From a candidate division WOR-3 bacterium (lineage in GTDB: Bacteria; Hydrothermota; Tepidihabitantia; Tepidihabitantales; Tepidihabitantaceae), in assembly GCA_965649225.1 (NCBI GenBank), contig CBFGJX010000010.1, forward strand, positions 1 to 64,000: DNA of 64,000 bases. Reading direction: 5' to 3'. The notes beneath the pieces were generated by a model, which saw nothing but the letters and a program-made list of their open reading frames with translations, ran no database searches and was not told the DNA's origin. This document shows positions 19,253 through 27,766 of the stretch, piece by piece (the stretch's first letter is position 1; each line of letters opens with the position of its first letter). A program made the position numbers and the translations under genes.

Positions 19253-20638
19253 ATGGCAACAGGCAGACAGTCTTCTACCCGCCGCAAGCTTCCCACTGCC
19301 GCGCCGCGCCGGACAATCATCGTCGGCGCGGCCGGGATGGACTATCATGTGTTCAATACCTGCTTCCGCGACAATCCGGCCTACCGAGTGGTGGGATTCA
19401 CGTTGGCGGCAGAGCAGAACCTCGGGACGGTCGGCGGCCTGCGGACCTATCCCCGGTCGCTGGCAGGCCGGCTGTATCCGAAAGGCATTCCCAGTTACCC
19501 CGAGCGCGAGCTCGGCCGGCTGATCCGGGAGTTGAAGGCCGACGAGGTGGTTTTTGCCTATTCCGACGTTTCGCACAACTACGTGATGAACCTGGCTTCG
19601 CTGGCGCTGGTGGCCGGGGCCGACTTCCGATTGATCACCCCCCGTTCTGTGCAGCTGAAGTCAAAGCGGCCGGTATTTGCGGTGTGTGCGGTCCGGACCG
19701 GCTGCGGCAAGTCACAGACTTCGCGCCGGGTTTATGAAATCCTCAAAGGCCTGGGCCGACGGGTGGTGGCAGTGCGTGAACCGATGCCCTATGGCGACCT
19801 GGAAAAGCAGGTCTGGCAGCGGTTTGCCAGCTACGATGACCTCGACCGGGCGCAGGCAACGATCGAAGAGCGCGAGGAGTACGAGCCCTACATCGAGAAC
19901 GGGATGGTGGTCTATGCCGGCTGCGACTACGCCGAGATTCTCAAACGCGCCGAAGCCGAGGCCGACGTTATCGTCTGGGACGGCGGTAACAATGAAATCG
20001 CGTTCTTCAAGCCCGACTGCCTGATTGTCATCGCCGACCCGCTGCGGCCCGGGCATGAAACTACCTGGCATCCGGGTGAAGTGAACCTGCGCATGGCCGA
20101 TGTCGTGGTAATCAACAAACAGGACTCGGCCCGGCCCGAGGACATTGCCACCGTCCGCGCCAATATCAAGCGTGTCAATCCCAAAGCGCTGATCATTGAC
20201 GCCGACTCACCGCTGACGGTGGCGGACCCGGCCCAGATTGCGGGCAAACGGGTGCTGGTGGTCGAAGACGGCCCGACCGTCACGCATGGCGGCATGGGTT
20301 ATGGCGCCGGCTGGCTGGCGGCACGGCAGTTCGGAGCGCGCGAGATTGTTGATCCGGCGGCATGTGCGGTCCGGAGCCTGGCGCGCGAGCTGAAACAGTT
20401 TTCCCATCTGCGGCAGGTGCTGCCGGCGATGGGCTACTCGCGGCGTCAGCTTGCCGACCTGGCGGCATCGATCAACCGCTGCGACTGTGATGTCGTCGTA
20501 TCGGGGACGCCGATCGACCTTGCCCGGCTTATAAAAGTCAACAAGCCGGTCGTGCGGGTACGCTACCGGCTGGAGGAGAAGTCGCGGCCCGGGCTGGAGT
20601 CGATCATCCGGCGGGTGCTGAAGAACTGGAGGCGCTGA
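19253..20638 (+). CDS. COG2403 P-loop protein (cyclic 2,3-diphosphoglycerate synthetase-like; candidate arginine synthetase ArcE)
   Basis: GAAG.D.H.FN, AVRTGCGKSQTS, PMPYGDL, TIEEREEYEP, WDGGNN, VEDGPT.THGGM, LPAMGY, GTPIDL. Confidence 0.85.
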   Translation: MATGRQSSTRRKLPTAAPRRTIIVGAAGMDYHVFNTCFRDNPAYRVVGFTLAAEQNLGTVGGLRTYPRSLAGRLYPKGIPSYPERELGRLIRELKADEVVFAYSDVSHNYVMNLASLALVAGADFRLITPRSVQLKSKRPVFAVCAVRTGCGKSQTSRRVYEILKGLGRRVVAVREPMPYGDLEKQVWQRFASYDDLDRAQATIEEREEYEPYIENGMVVYAGCDYAEILKRAEAEADVIVWDGGNNEIAFFKPDCLIVIADPLRPGHETTWHPGEVNLRMADVVVINKQDSARPEDIATVRANIKRVNPKALIIDADSPLTVADPAQIAGKRVLVVEDGPTVTHGGMGYGAGWLAARQFGAREIVDPAACAVRSLARELKQFSHLRQVLPAMGYSRRQLADLAASINRCDCDVVVSGTPIDLARLIKVNKPVVRVRYRLEEKSRPGLESIIRRVLKNWRR

Positions 20639-21204
20639 CGGCGCAGCCACCGACCGGGGCAACAGGCGAGCGGCGAGGGGTACAGGGCCGAACGGCCCTG
20701 CGCTGGTGGTGGGCAACGACTGCCGTCGGCTGGCTGCTGGCAATCGAGGCGGCCAGCTCGCTGCTGGCCGGGATTGCTGCCCGGACGATGGCCGGCGGTT
20801 TTTCGCCCCGGACGATTCTTATCAACGCCGGGTTCGAGCTCACTCCGGTCGTGGCCGAGGCGCTGGACGCAATTCTGAAACAGGTGATGGTGGCAAGCTA
20901 TGTCCAGATTGCCGCCAATGCCGCAGTACTGGTTGGCTGCATCGGGCTGCTGCTGCGCCGGCGCTGGGGCTGGTATCTGGTCTGCATTCTGCACGTTGCT
21001 CAGATTGTCGTCGGTTTCACGCTCGGGCTGCCGCTGATTCGCGCGACTCTGGCAGTAGTGATGCCGGAATCGGCAATGAGTTACGGCCTGCTGATCACGG
21101 CACTGATGAGTCTGGTCCCGCTGGCAGTGGTGGTTTTTCTGATGCTGCCGCCAGTGGCCGGACAGTTTGAGCGGCCGGCCGGCCGACCGGCTGCCTCAGA
21201 CTGA
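20635..21204 (+). CDS. Hypothetical membrane protein (probable CTG start)
   Basis: Four hydrophobic segments; frame is open from CTG 20635, which overlaps the upstream TGA and follows GGAGG; track start 20788 omits the first TM segment. Confidence 0.65.
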   Translation: MTAQPPTGATGERRGVQGRTALRWWWATTAVGWLLAIEAASSLLAGIAARTMAGGFSPRTILINAGFELTPVVAEALDAILKQVMVASYVQIAANAAVLVGCIGLLLRRRWGWYLVCILHVAQIVVGFTLGLPLIRATLAVVMPESAMSYGLLITALMSLVPLAVVVFLMLPPVAGQFERPAGRPAASD

Positions 21205-21968
21205 GCTGGACGCAGGCCCTTCAGGCGGGCAACGGTACGCAGAACCAGGCGCAGGCAATCGTCGGCGTTACGGTTGATCTCTCGGCCCGAAAACCGCAGA
21301 ATGTGCCAGCCGGCAACGGTGAGGCTGTTGTCGCGGCGGCGGTCGAGACTGGCACGTTCGGTGTTGGCGTGCCAGTGGTCACCGTCGCATTCAACTGCCA
21401 GTCGCCCGTTGCGACACAACAGCGCGAGGTCAATGAAGTAGCCGGAATCACCGTCCCGAACAAAGAACTGTCGTTCCGGTCGCGCGCGGGCGGCACACAG
21501 CCGGTGGTAGAGCCGATCCTCGATCGGGCTGGTGCGGTAGAGGTCGTTGATTTCCTGTGCATTGCGCAGCCGTTCCAGCGAAGTGGGGATAAACACGATG
21601 CGCCGGCGTCGGGCCGATGGTATCGGGCGTGGCAGTGGTGCAATGTCGGCGAGGGCGATTCGCCAGTAGGGGGTGGTTGCGCGGGGGTGGTCAGTTTCCG
21701 CCGGCAGCAGGTCAATGCGCCGCACGACCGACAAGTCTGTCACCCGGGCCAGCCAGCTTACTGACCAGCGTTCAGCTCCGAATGCAGCCGGGAAATAGAA
21801 ACTCAGCCAGCGGATCAGCTGAAGGTTTTCGGGGGCACTGGCAACCGGGATGCGGTACCAGTGTTCACGATTGATGATCCGCCAGTCCCGCCGCGAGGGG
21901 ACAAGCGCTACCAGGGCCGGAGTTTCCCGACGGAAACGGCGAATGTCGCCCCAGTCCGCATTCGACAT
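21081..21968 (-). CDS. DUF559 (Vsr-like) endonuclease with N-terminal PUA/EVE-like domain
   Basis: SPIE..L, QF.V..., YFIDLA, LAVECDG..WH, DRRRDN.L..AGW.ILRF; N-terminal HWYRIP...FY.P..F. Confidence 0.8.
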   Translation of the reverse strand: MSNADWGDIRRFRRETPALVALVPSRRDWRIINREHWYRIPVASAPENLQLIRWLSFYFPAAFGAERWSVSWLARVTDLSVVRRIDLLPAETDHPRATTPYWRIALADIAPLPRPIPSARRRRIVFIPTSLERLRNAQEINDLYRTSPIEDRLYHRLCAARARPERQFFVRDGDSGYFIDLALLCRNGRLAVECDGDHWHANTERASLDRRRDNSLTVAGWHILRFSGREINRNADDCLRLVLRTVARLKGLRPAQSEAAGRPAGRSNCPATGGSIRKTTTASGTRLISAVISRP

Positions 21969-22109
21969 TGGCTGAGGGTAGGTGGGCGGCCCGCAGCGTC
22001 AAGAGCATCCGGTTGGCATCAGGGTGAAACCGGTTGACAAAGCCGGATTCGGCGGTTACCTTTTGCGCCGATTGCAGCCAGATTGGCAAGTCACCAAGGA
22101 GTAAAACCA

Positions 22110-23330
22110 ATGGCAATAAAGAAGAAGGTGTCGCGGCCGGTCAGAAAGGTCGCCAAGCAGACACCACGCAAACCCGCCAAGCCGGTTGTGAAACCGGGCA
22201 AGTCAGGTAAGTCGGCCGATCTCGCCGGCCCCGGCATCAGCACTTACGCGCAGGTCGAAAAGGTACTGCCGGTCGACTATCGCCCGATTCTCGACAACAA
22301 GCAGACTCAGCGGGCGATTTACGCGGTCAAGCGCTATGTCGAGGACAACCTTTGCAAAGAGCTGAATCTGCAAATGGTGCAGGTTCCGCTGATCGTTGAA
22401 CGCGAGAGCGGAATGAACGACAACCTCGATCGCGACGGGTCGCGTACGCCGGTCGAGTTTCCCTGCGGGCTGGGCATCAAGCCGCGGATCAATGCTCAGA
22501 TTGTTCAGGCGGCGACCAAGTGGAAGCGGTGGGCGTTGAAGCAGTACGGCTGTGAGGTTGGCGAGGGCATCAACACCGATATGCGGGCCGTGCGCAAAGA
22601 CTACTTCCTTGACCACGACCACAGTTCGTATGTTGATCAGTGGGACTGGGAGAAGGTCATCACGCCGGAGCAGCGCAATCTGGACTATTTGAAGGAAACG
22701 GTCCGCAAAATCTGGAAAGTCATCACCGGGGCCGAGGAATATGTCCAGGAGATGTTTCCGCAGCTGAAGGACCCGCGCTACCCGAATCTGCCCAAGGAAC
22801 TGACCTTTATCCATGCCGAAGAGATTCTGGAGCGGTATCCTGACTTGCCGCGCAAGCAGCGCGAAACCCGGATCCTGCAGGACTACTCGCCGGCGGTCTT
22901 CATCATCGGCATCGGCTGGGTCCTGAAGGACGGCTACCCGCACGAGATGCGGGCCGCCGACTACGACGACTGGGTGACCGACACCTCGCAGTGGACGGGC
23001 AAGGACACCCACGGGCTCAACGGCGACATCCTGGTCTGGAATCACCTGACCAAGCGCCGGCACGAGCTGTCGTCAATGGGCATCCGCGTGACCAAGGAGA
23101 CATTGAAGCTGCAGCTCAAGCTGTCGGGCCAGCTCGACCGGCTGAAGCTGCCCTATCACAAGATGATCATGCGCGACGAAATACCGCTTTCGATCGGCGG
23201 CGGTATCGGCCAGGGACGGCTGCAGATGTTGCTGTTGCGCAAGGCGCACTTCGGTGAAGTGACCGTCACCGTCTGGCCGAAGCAGCTCCACCGGATCTGC
23301 GAAAAGCACAACATCTTCGTGCTCAAGTAG
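22110..23330 (+). CDS. asnA: Aspartate--ammonia ligase
   Basis: KWKRWAL, DHSSYVDQWDWEKVI, RAADYDDW, GLNGDIL, ELSSMGIRV, SIGGGIGQ; promoter TTGACA-N17-TACCTT at 22034-22062. Confidence 0.95.
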   Translation: MAIKKKVSRPVRKVAKQTPRKPAKPVVKPGKSGKSADLAGPGISTYAQVEKVLPVDYRPILDNKQTQRAIYAVKRYVEDNLCKELNLQMVQVPLIVERESGMNDNLDRDGSRTPVEFPCGLGIKPRINAQIVQAATKWKRWALKQYGCEVGEGINTDMRAVRKDYFLDHDHSSYVDQWDWEKVITPEQRNLDYLKETVRKIWKVITGAEEYVQEMFPQLKDPRYPNLPKELTFIHAEEILERYPDLPRKQRETRILQDYSPAVFIIGIGWVLKDGYPHEMRAADYDDWVTDTSQWTGKDTHGLNGDILVWNHLTKRRHELSSMGIRVTKETLKLQLKLSGQLDRLKLPYHKMIMRDEIPLSIGGGIGQGRLQMLLLRKAHFGEVTVTVWPKQLHRICEKHNIFVLK

Positions 23331-23347
23331 CCCGGGATTCGACCGAC

Positions 23348-23381
23348 ACCGAGGGGCGGCACGATGCCGCCCCTCGGTTTT
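23348..23381 (+). terminator. Rho-independent terminator
   Basis: accgaggggcggca-cga-tgccgcccctcggt perfect stem followed by Ts. Confidence 0.8.
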
Positions 23382-23533
23382 GGAGGCTGTTGCCAAGGCG
23401 GCGGGTGTGTGCTATGCTGCGGCGTTGGACAGCGGGTCGGGTAATTGAAAGGCAGGGCAAACAACCGGACAGCGGCGCCCAATCCGCGGCTGACAGGAGT
23501 CTGAAACTGGTATTGCGCCAGACCGGGCAGGAC

Positions 23534-24070
23534 GTGAAAATAACCGAAATCGAAGCCAAAATCCTTGACGTCAACCGGACCGAGGTCGAACGGCGGCTTG
23601 TTGAGCTTGGCGCCGAACTGGTGTTTGATGGTCGGTTGGAGGCGGTCTTCTTTGATTACCCTGATCATCGGCTCGCGGTACAGGGGAGTTGTCTACGCCT
23701 GCGGCGGGAAGGGGAGCGGGTAGAGCTTGTCGGCAAGCTGCGCCGACAAGACAGCGGTGTCAAGATCAGAGAAGAAATCGGCGTCGGGGTCGATGACTTT
23801 GACGGTTGTGCCGCGTTGCTTGAGGCAATCGGACTCGAGATTGTCAAGCAGGCAAGCAAGTGGCGTCGGAGCTGGCAGCTGGAGGGTGTTCGTTGCGAGT
23901 TTGACCGGTACGAAGGAGAGCTGGCGTTCATTCCGGAGTTTCTGGAAATCGAGGCCGAGAGCGCCGATGCCGTTCGAGAAACTGCTGACCGGCTGGGTTT
24001 CACGCCGGAATGTTTGATGCCGTGGGGACTTGAAGAGCTTGTCAGGCATTACCAGAGCCATGGCACCTGA
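23534..24070 (+). CDS. CYTH-domain protein (class IV adenylate cyclase-like)
   Basis: EIEAK N-terminal motif, LRLRR, K.REE, FLEIE. Confidence 0.85.
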   Translation: MKITEIEAKILDVNRTEVERRLVELGAELVFDGRLEAVFFDYPDHRLAVQGSCLRLRREGERVELVGKLRRQDSGVKIREEIGVGVDDFDGCAALLEAIGLEIVKQASKWRRSWQLEGVRCEFDRYEGELAFIPEFLEIEAESADAVRETADRLGFTPECLMPWGLEELVRHYQSHGT

Positions 24071-24275
24071 GGCCGGTCCGGCCCGAACCGCGTTCATTGA
24101 TATCGGCTCCAGTCACGTGCGGCTGGTGGCGGGGAAGCGTCGTGCTGACCGGCTGCATGTGCCGGAGTCACTGCGGCTGCCTGCGCCAACAGGGCCGGAT
24201 GATTTCCGTCAGGGCAGCGTCACGCCGCCGGCGGCTGGCAGGCTGGCGGTCCTGAGAGCGGGCTGCAAGCCGTGA
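24060..24275 (+). pseudogene. Fragment resembling the Ppx/GppA N-terminus
   Basis: AFIDIGSSHVRLV...ESLRLP...G.D.F.QG resembles the A.IDIGSN.IRL...R.P.RLG start of exopolyphosphatases; ends after 71 aa. Confidence 0.6.
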
Positions 24276-24916
24276 TTGGCCGGGAGACCAGCGGATATTT
24301 CCGGGCCGACGGCTTGTGGTCCCCGGGTCCAAAAGAGATTGCCGCGGCAGCGGCGATGCTGGCCGGTGCGTTCAACGCTGATCCGCTCTGGCAGTGGGTG
24401 GTTGCCGGCCTGGCGAGACCGGACAGCAGCCGCCAGGCCGCCTTCGAGGCGGTCTTGCGCTACTGCCAGCGCTACGGTGAAGTATGTGCGGCGACGGCAA
24501 GACTGGAAGCGGTCGCGGCTTGGCTGCCGGGCCGTTTTGCCGACATGGGTTTCGGGCGCATGATTGCCAGCGGCGCAGTGTGGGCTGGATTGCGGCTGGG
24601 TTTTGCCGCGGCGCAGCGGATGCGAATGCCAGCCGCAATGCTTGCCGCCGACCGCAGAGAACACACCGCGGGCCGGCAGTATCTCTATCTGGCAGTGATC
24701 GGCGTAGCGGCCGAGTCCCGGGGACAAGGCCTGGCCGGCCGGTTGTTGCGGGCACTGCTGGCAGAGGCGGATCAGCTTCGGCAGCCGGTTTATCTTGAAA
24801 CCGAGACCGAGGGCAATGTCGGACTCTACGAACGTTTCGGATTTCGCGTGCTGAAGCAGATAACAATTCCACCACCGGCGCTGCCGGTATGGGAGATGTT
24901 GCGCGAGCCGGCCTAG
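24272..24916 (+). CDS. GNAT family N-acetyltransferase
   Basis: AF.ADP, YLAVIGV...RGQGLAGRLL, YLET...N..LYERFGF. Confidence 0.9.
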   Translation: MIGRETSGYFRADGLWSPGPKEIAAAAAMLAGAFNADPLWQWVVAGLARPDSSRQAAFEAVLRYCQRYGEVCAATARLEAVAAWLPGRFADMGFGRMIASGAVWAGLRLGFAAAQRMRMPAAMLAADRREHTAGRQYLYLAVIGVAAESRGQGLAGRLLRALLAEADQLRQPVYLETETEGNVGLYERFGFRVLKQITIPPPALPVWEMLREPA

Positions 24917-24970
24917 TGCTGCCGGTTTCCGGCCCTTGCCGGCAACCGGGCAGCGTGCTATTGTACAGCG

Positions 24971-25498
24971 ATGGCAGGCAGAAAACGACCGTGGCGACCG
25001 GTCCGGGTTGTAGTCAACGACAAAATGCAGCAGGGTTATGTCTACTGGCGTACCGAGCCGGCCGGCCGCAATTTTCATCCCGAGTTCAAGCCGGAACTGA
25101 CGCCGAAGCAGATGCTCGAACTGGGCGTGTTCGGCGGCTGCTACATGACCGACTGCCAGAACGAATTTCCCCGCAGCTGGTTTCGGCGCGCGCGTCTCTC
25201 GCCCGGCTGGCACGACCCGAAGAAGAACTTCTTTGGCGTGAACGCATCGCAGCCGCTGTCGGTTTGGCGCGCGAAGGGCTGGATTCATCCTGACGACCCG
25301 CGCGGCTGGTTTCAGTGGTACTGCCGGTACTGGTCGGGCCGGCGCGGGCCGGACGACGAACGGCAGATAAAACGCTGGAAGGCGATGGCCCGACACGTCG
25401 CGCAGCTGAAGAAACACTGCCGTAAGGGCGACCTGTCGTGCCGCCCGCGCCAGCGTCAGGCCTTGCTCAACTGGGCCTACGACAGCCGCAGAATCTAG
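24971..25498 (+). CDS. Conserved hypothetical protein (Trp/Arg-rich)
   Basis: Strong coding bias; LTPKQML.LGVFGG, DPRGWFQWYCRY, RQRQALL.W motifs; leaderless promoter TTGCCG-N17-TATTGT 6 nt before ATG. Confidence 0.8.
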   Translation: MAGRKRPWRPVRVVVNDKMQQGYVYWRTEPAGRNFHPEFKPELTPKQMLELGVFGGCYMTDCQNEFPRSWFRRARLSPGWHDPKKNFFGVNASQPLSVWRAKGWIHPDDPRGWFQWYCRYWSGRRGPDDERQIKRWKAMARHVAQLKKHCRKGDLSCRPRQRQALLNWAYDSRRI

Positions 25499-25864
25499 TC
25501 AACTGTGGCCGTTCGAGCCGGGCGGTTCGGCAGCAGACTGCAGTGCCACTTGGCACCGCCGAGGCAGCAGCACGTCCGGTTGGCGCGCAGGCAAGGCCGA
25601 GCTCTGCACCCACAGACGAATCATGCAACCCGATGCAGAGCCTGCCGAGGTGCAAAGCTGCGGGTGATACTCCCGCGCCGCCAGACGAGGTCGCAGTCGT
25701 GTCGGCGGCCGGATTGAAGACGCGAGGGCGTCGCAAATCTGGCAGCCGGGAGCATGATAGAAGGTGCTGGAAATGTGATTTCGGTCGCTATAAACTGGGA
25801 CGGTGAGGCTTGGCATGACGCGGCCCGGGCCTGTGGTCAGCTGAAGCGCAGGGAGGTATGACTA

Positions 25865-27430
25865 ATGAATCATATAACACAGCGACCGGCCGGCATGACG
25901 GCGGTTCTCTTCGTCCTGCTCGGGCTGCTGCTGTCCTGTCATCAGCCGATTGACTGGACCGCACTGAATGAGCAAACGGTTGAACGGAATCTCGGCGCGC
26001 TTCGGACCGCTGAGGACGTCTACCTGGCAAGACTGGCCGGCGGCGACATCTCGACCGCAGCCGAGGAAGCGCGGGCCAGCCTGCTCGGCCAGCCCGGGGT
26101 TGACACCGCGACAATCTCGCCCGACAGCACGGTCTGGGTCATCTTCAGCAACGGACTCGTTGCCGGCATCTGCGAGCGGACATTCGATACCACCGCCGGT
26201 CGCGGCCCGGTTGCCGCCCGACGCCTGCCGGACTTCGACCGGCAGCCGGTTGTCATCAGTGGCGGCGTCGTCGCGCCCAGCCCGCGTATCTTTGCCCCTT
26301 TTGCCGAGGAACTGCTGGGAACCGCGCTTGAAACCTATGATGTCTGGGAGATGTGTCGAGGCTGCTACGGACTGCGTCAGGCCGAGTTCTGGACCAACAC
26401 TGCGGTTACGGTTCAGCGCGTCAAGGCCCAATTGCGGGATGCCCGCTCGCTTTTTTTCTGGACCGGGCACGGCTGTCTGGTTTCCCCCTTCCTGGGAGCG
26501 CCGCCCTGCGCTGCGCTCCTGACCGGCAGGGGCTACTCGCAGGGTGAGATGGCGGCTGCCATCGCCACCGAGTTTCGTGACGATGCCAGGTCGGGGCCCG
26601 CCGGGCCCCGACTGGCTTTTGCCGCGCACGGCCGTCGGTTCTACCCGGTGATTCTGCCGGAGTTCGTCCGTGCCTACGGCCGGTTCGACAACTCCGAGCC
26701 CTACTGGAAGACAATCGCATACATCGCGGCCTGCTTCAGCGCCTATCAGACCAACCCGGAACTGGAGCAGGCTTTCCACGATGCCGGCGCCGACCTTTTC
26801 TGCGGCTACGACTGGGCAGTGCACGACATGTTCGCCTACAATCTGGACACGACCTTCATCGGCGCTCTGGCCGATACCTGCGTGCCGATGGAGGCGCTGG
26901 CGCTGCTCGGTAGTGTCACGGATCCGGACCCGGTGATGTGGCGCAATGCGAGCTTCCGGATGAGCGGTGACACGCTGGTGATGCTGCGGCACGTGCTTGA
27001 CGGAAGGCGCGACGGCAGGCCGTTTCGCGCCGGCGCGGTGGTCGCCACCGCCGGCGGTCAGGCGAACCTGCAGGGAGCGGTCGTAGCCACGGGCGACTCG
27101 GAACCGAGCTGGCAGGTGACGGTCGCCTGTCCCGCCGGCAGCGGCAGTTACGAGATTCAGACCTGCGACGATGCATTCCTCTGTCTGATTGACAACCGCG
27201 AGTCGCGGGTGTACTACGCCATCAGAGGTTACGTCGGCGTGAGCGGTACCATTGACATCACCCGGTATGACGCCGAGTTGATAGCTGGTCGGTACTCCGG
27301 GACGCTTGGTTACTGGGCACCCGGACTGCTACCGAACAGGGACCAGCCGACCGCGACACTGACCATCACTGACGGCCGCATCAAGCACACCGGCTGGCGC
27401 GTCGGTTCCGGCCTGCCGGGACTGCCTTGA
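25865..27430 (+). CDS. Lipoprotein with possible caspase/gingipain-like His-Cys dyad
   Basis: Lipobox LLSC; FFWTGHG and YIAACFS followed by AF.DAGA..F.GY. Confidence 0.65.
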   Translation: MNHITQRPAGMTAVLFVLLGLLLSCHQPIDWTALNEQTVERNLGALRTAEDVYLARLAGGDISTAAEEARASLLGQPGVDTATISPDSTVWVIFSNGLVAGICERTFDTTAGRGPVAARRLPDFDRQPVVISGGVVAPSPRIFAPFAEELLGTALETYDVWEMCRGCYGLRQAEFWTNTAVTVQRVKAQLRDARSLFFWTGHGCLVSPFLGAPPCAALLTGRGYSQGEMAAAIATEFRDDARSGPAGPRLAFAAHGRRFYPVILPEFVRAYGRFDNSEPYWKTIAYIAACFSAYQTNPELEQAFHDAGADLFCGYDWAVHDMFAYNLDTTFIGALADTCVPMEALALLGSVTDPDPVMWRNASFRMSGDTLVMLRHVLDGRRDGRPFRAGAVVATAGGQANLQGAVVATGDSEPSWQVTVACPAGSGSYEIQTCDDAFLCLIDNRESRVYYAIRGYVGVSGTIDITRYDAELIAGRYSGTLGYWAPGLLPNRDQPTATLTITDGRIKHTGWRVGSGLPGLP

Positions 27431-27447
27431 TTCGGCATCAGCGCTGC

Positions 27448-27656
27448 CGCGTGGTCATGAACGACAGGATGCGGCAGGGTTGATTTTCGCGGTATTGCCG
27501 TTACCGGGCTGGCCGGCGCGGGCCGGACGACGAACGGCAGTTCGGTGCAGAGGGGATTGCCCGGCCCGCGGCGCAGCTGAAGAAGAACTGCCGCAGGGGC
27601 GACCAGTTGTGCCGGCCGCGCCAGCGCTAGGCCCTGCGCAACTGGCCTGCGCCGGC
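27448..27656 (+). pseudogene. Internally deleted, degenerate copy of the 24971-25498 gene
   Basis: 27511-27540 is identical to 25337-25366; flanks align to gene codons VVNDKMQQG and QLKK.CR.GD..CRPRQR, with in-frame TGA and TAG. Confidence 0.85.
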
Positions 27657-27766
27657 TGGCGGGGTTGGCTGCACGGCGAAACCGCTTGCGCCCAGTCCGG
27701 AAGATGGTACATTGTGAGCCATGACGATCGGACCCGGTTCGGGCCCCAAACCCGACAGGAGCGGTA

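Noticed and set aside
19253..20638. Literal annotation as cyclic 2,3-diphosphoglycerate synthetase or signalling GTPase
   Set aside because: No 2-phosphoglycerate kinase nearby, and linkage to pruA fits amino-acid catabolism better; not excluded without phylogeny
24971..27656. Gene plus nearby similar copy as a diversity-generating retroelement VR/TR pair
   Set aside because: Mismatches involve all bases rather than only adenines, the copy has a large deletion and stops, and no reverse transcriptase is in the window
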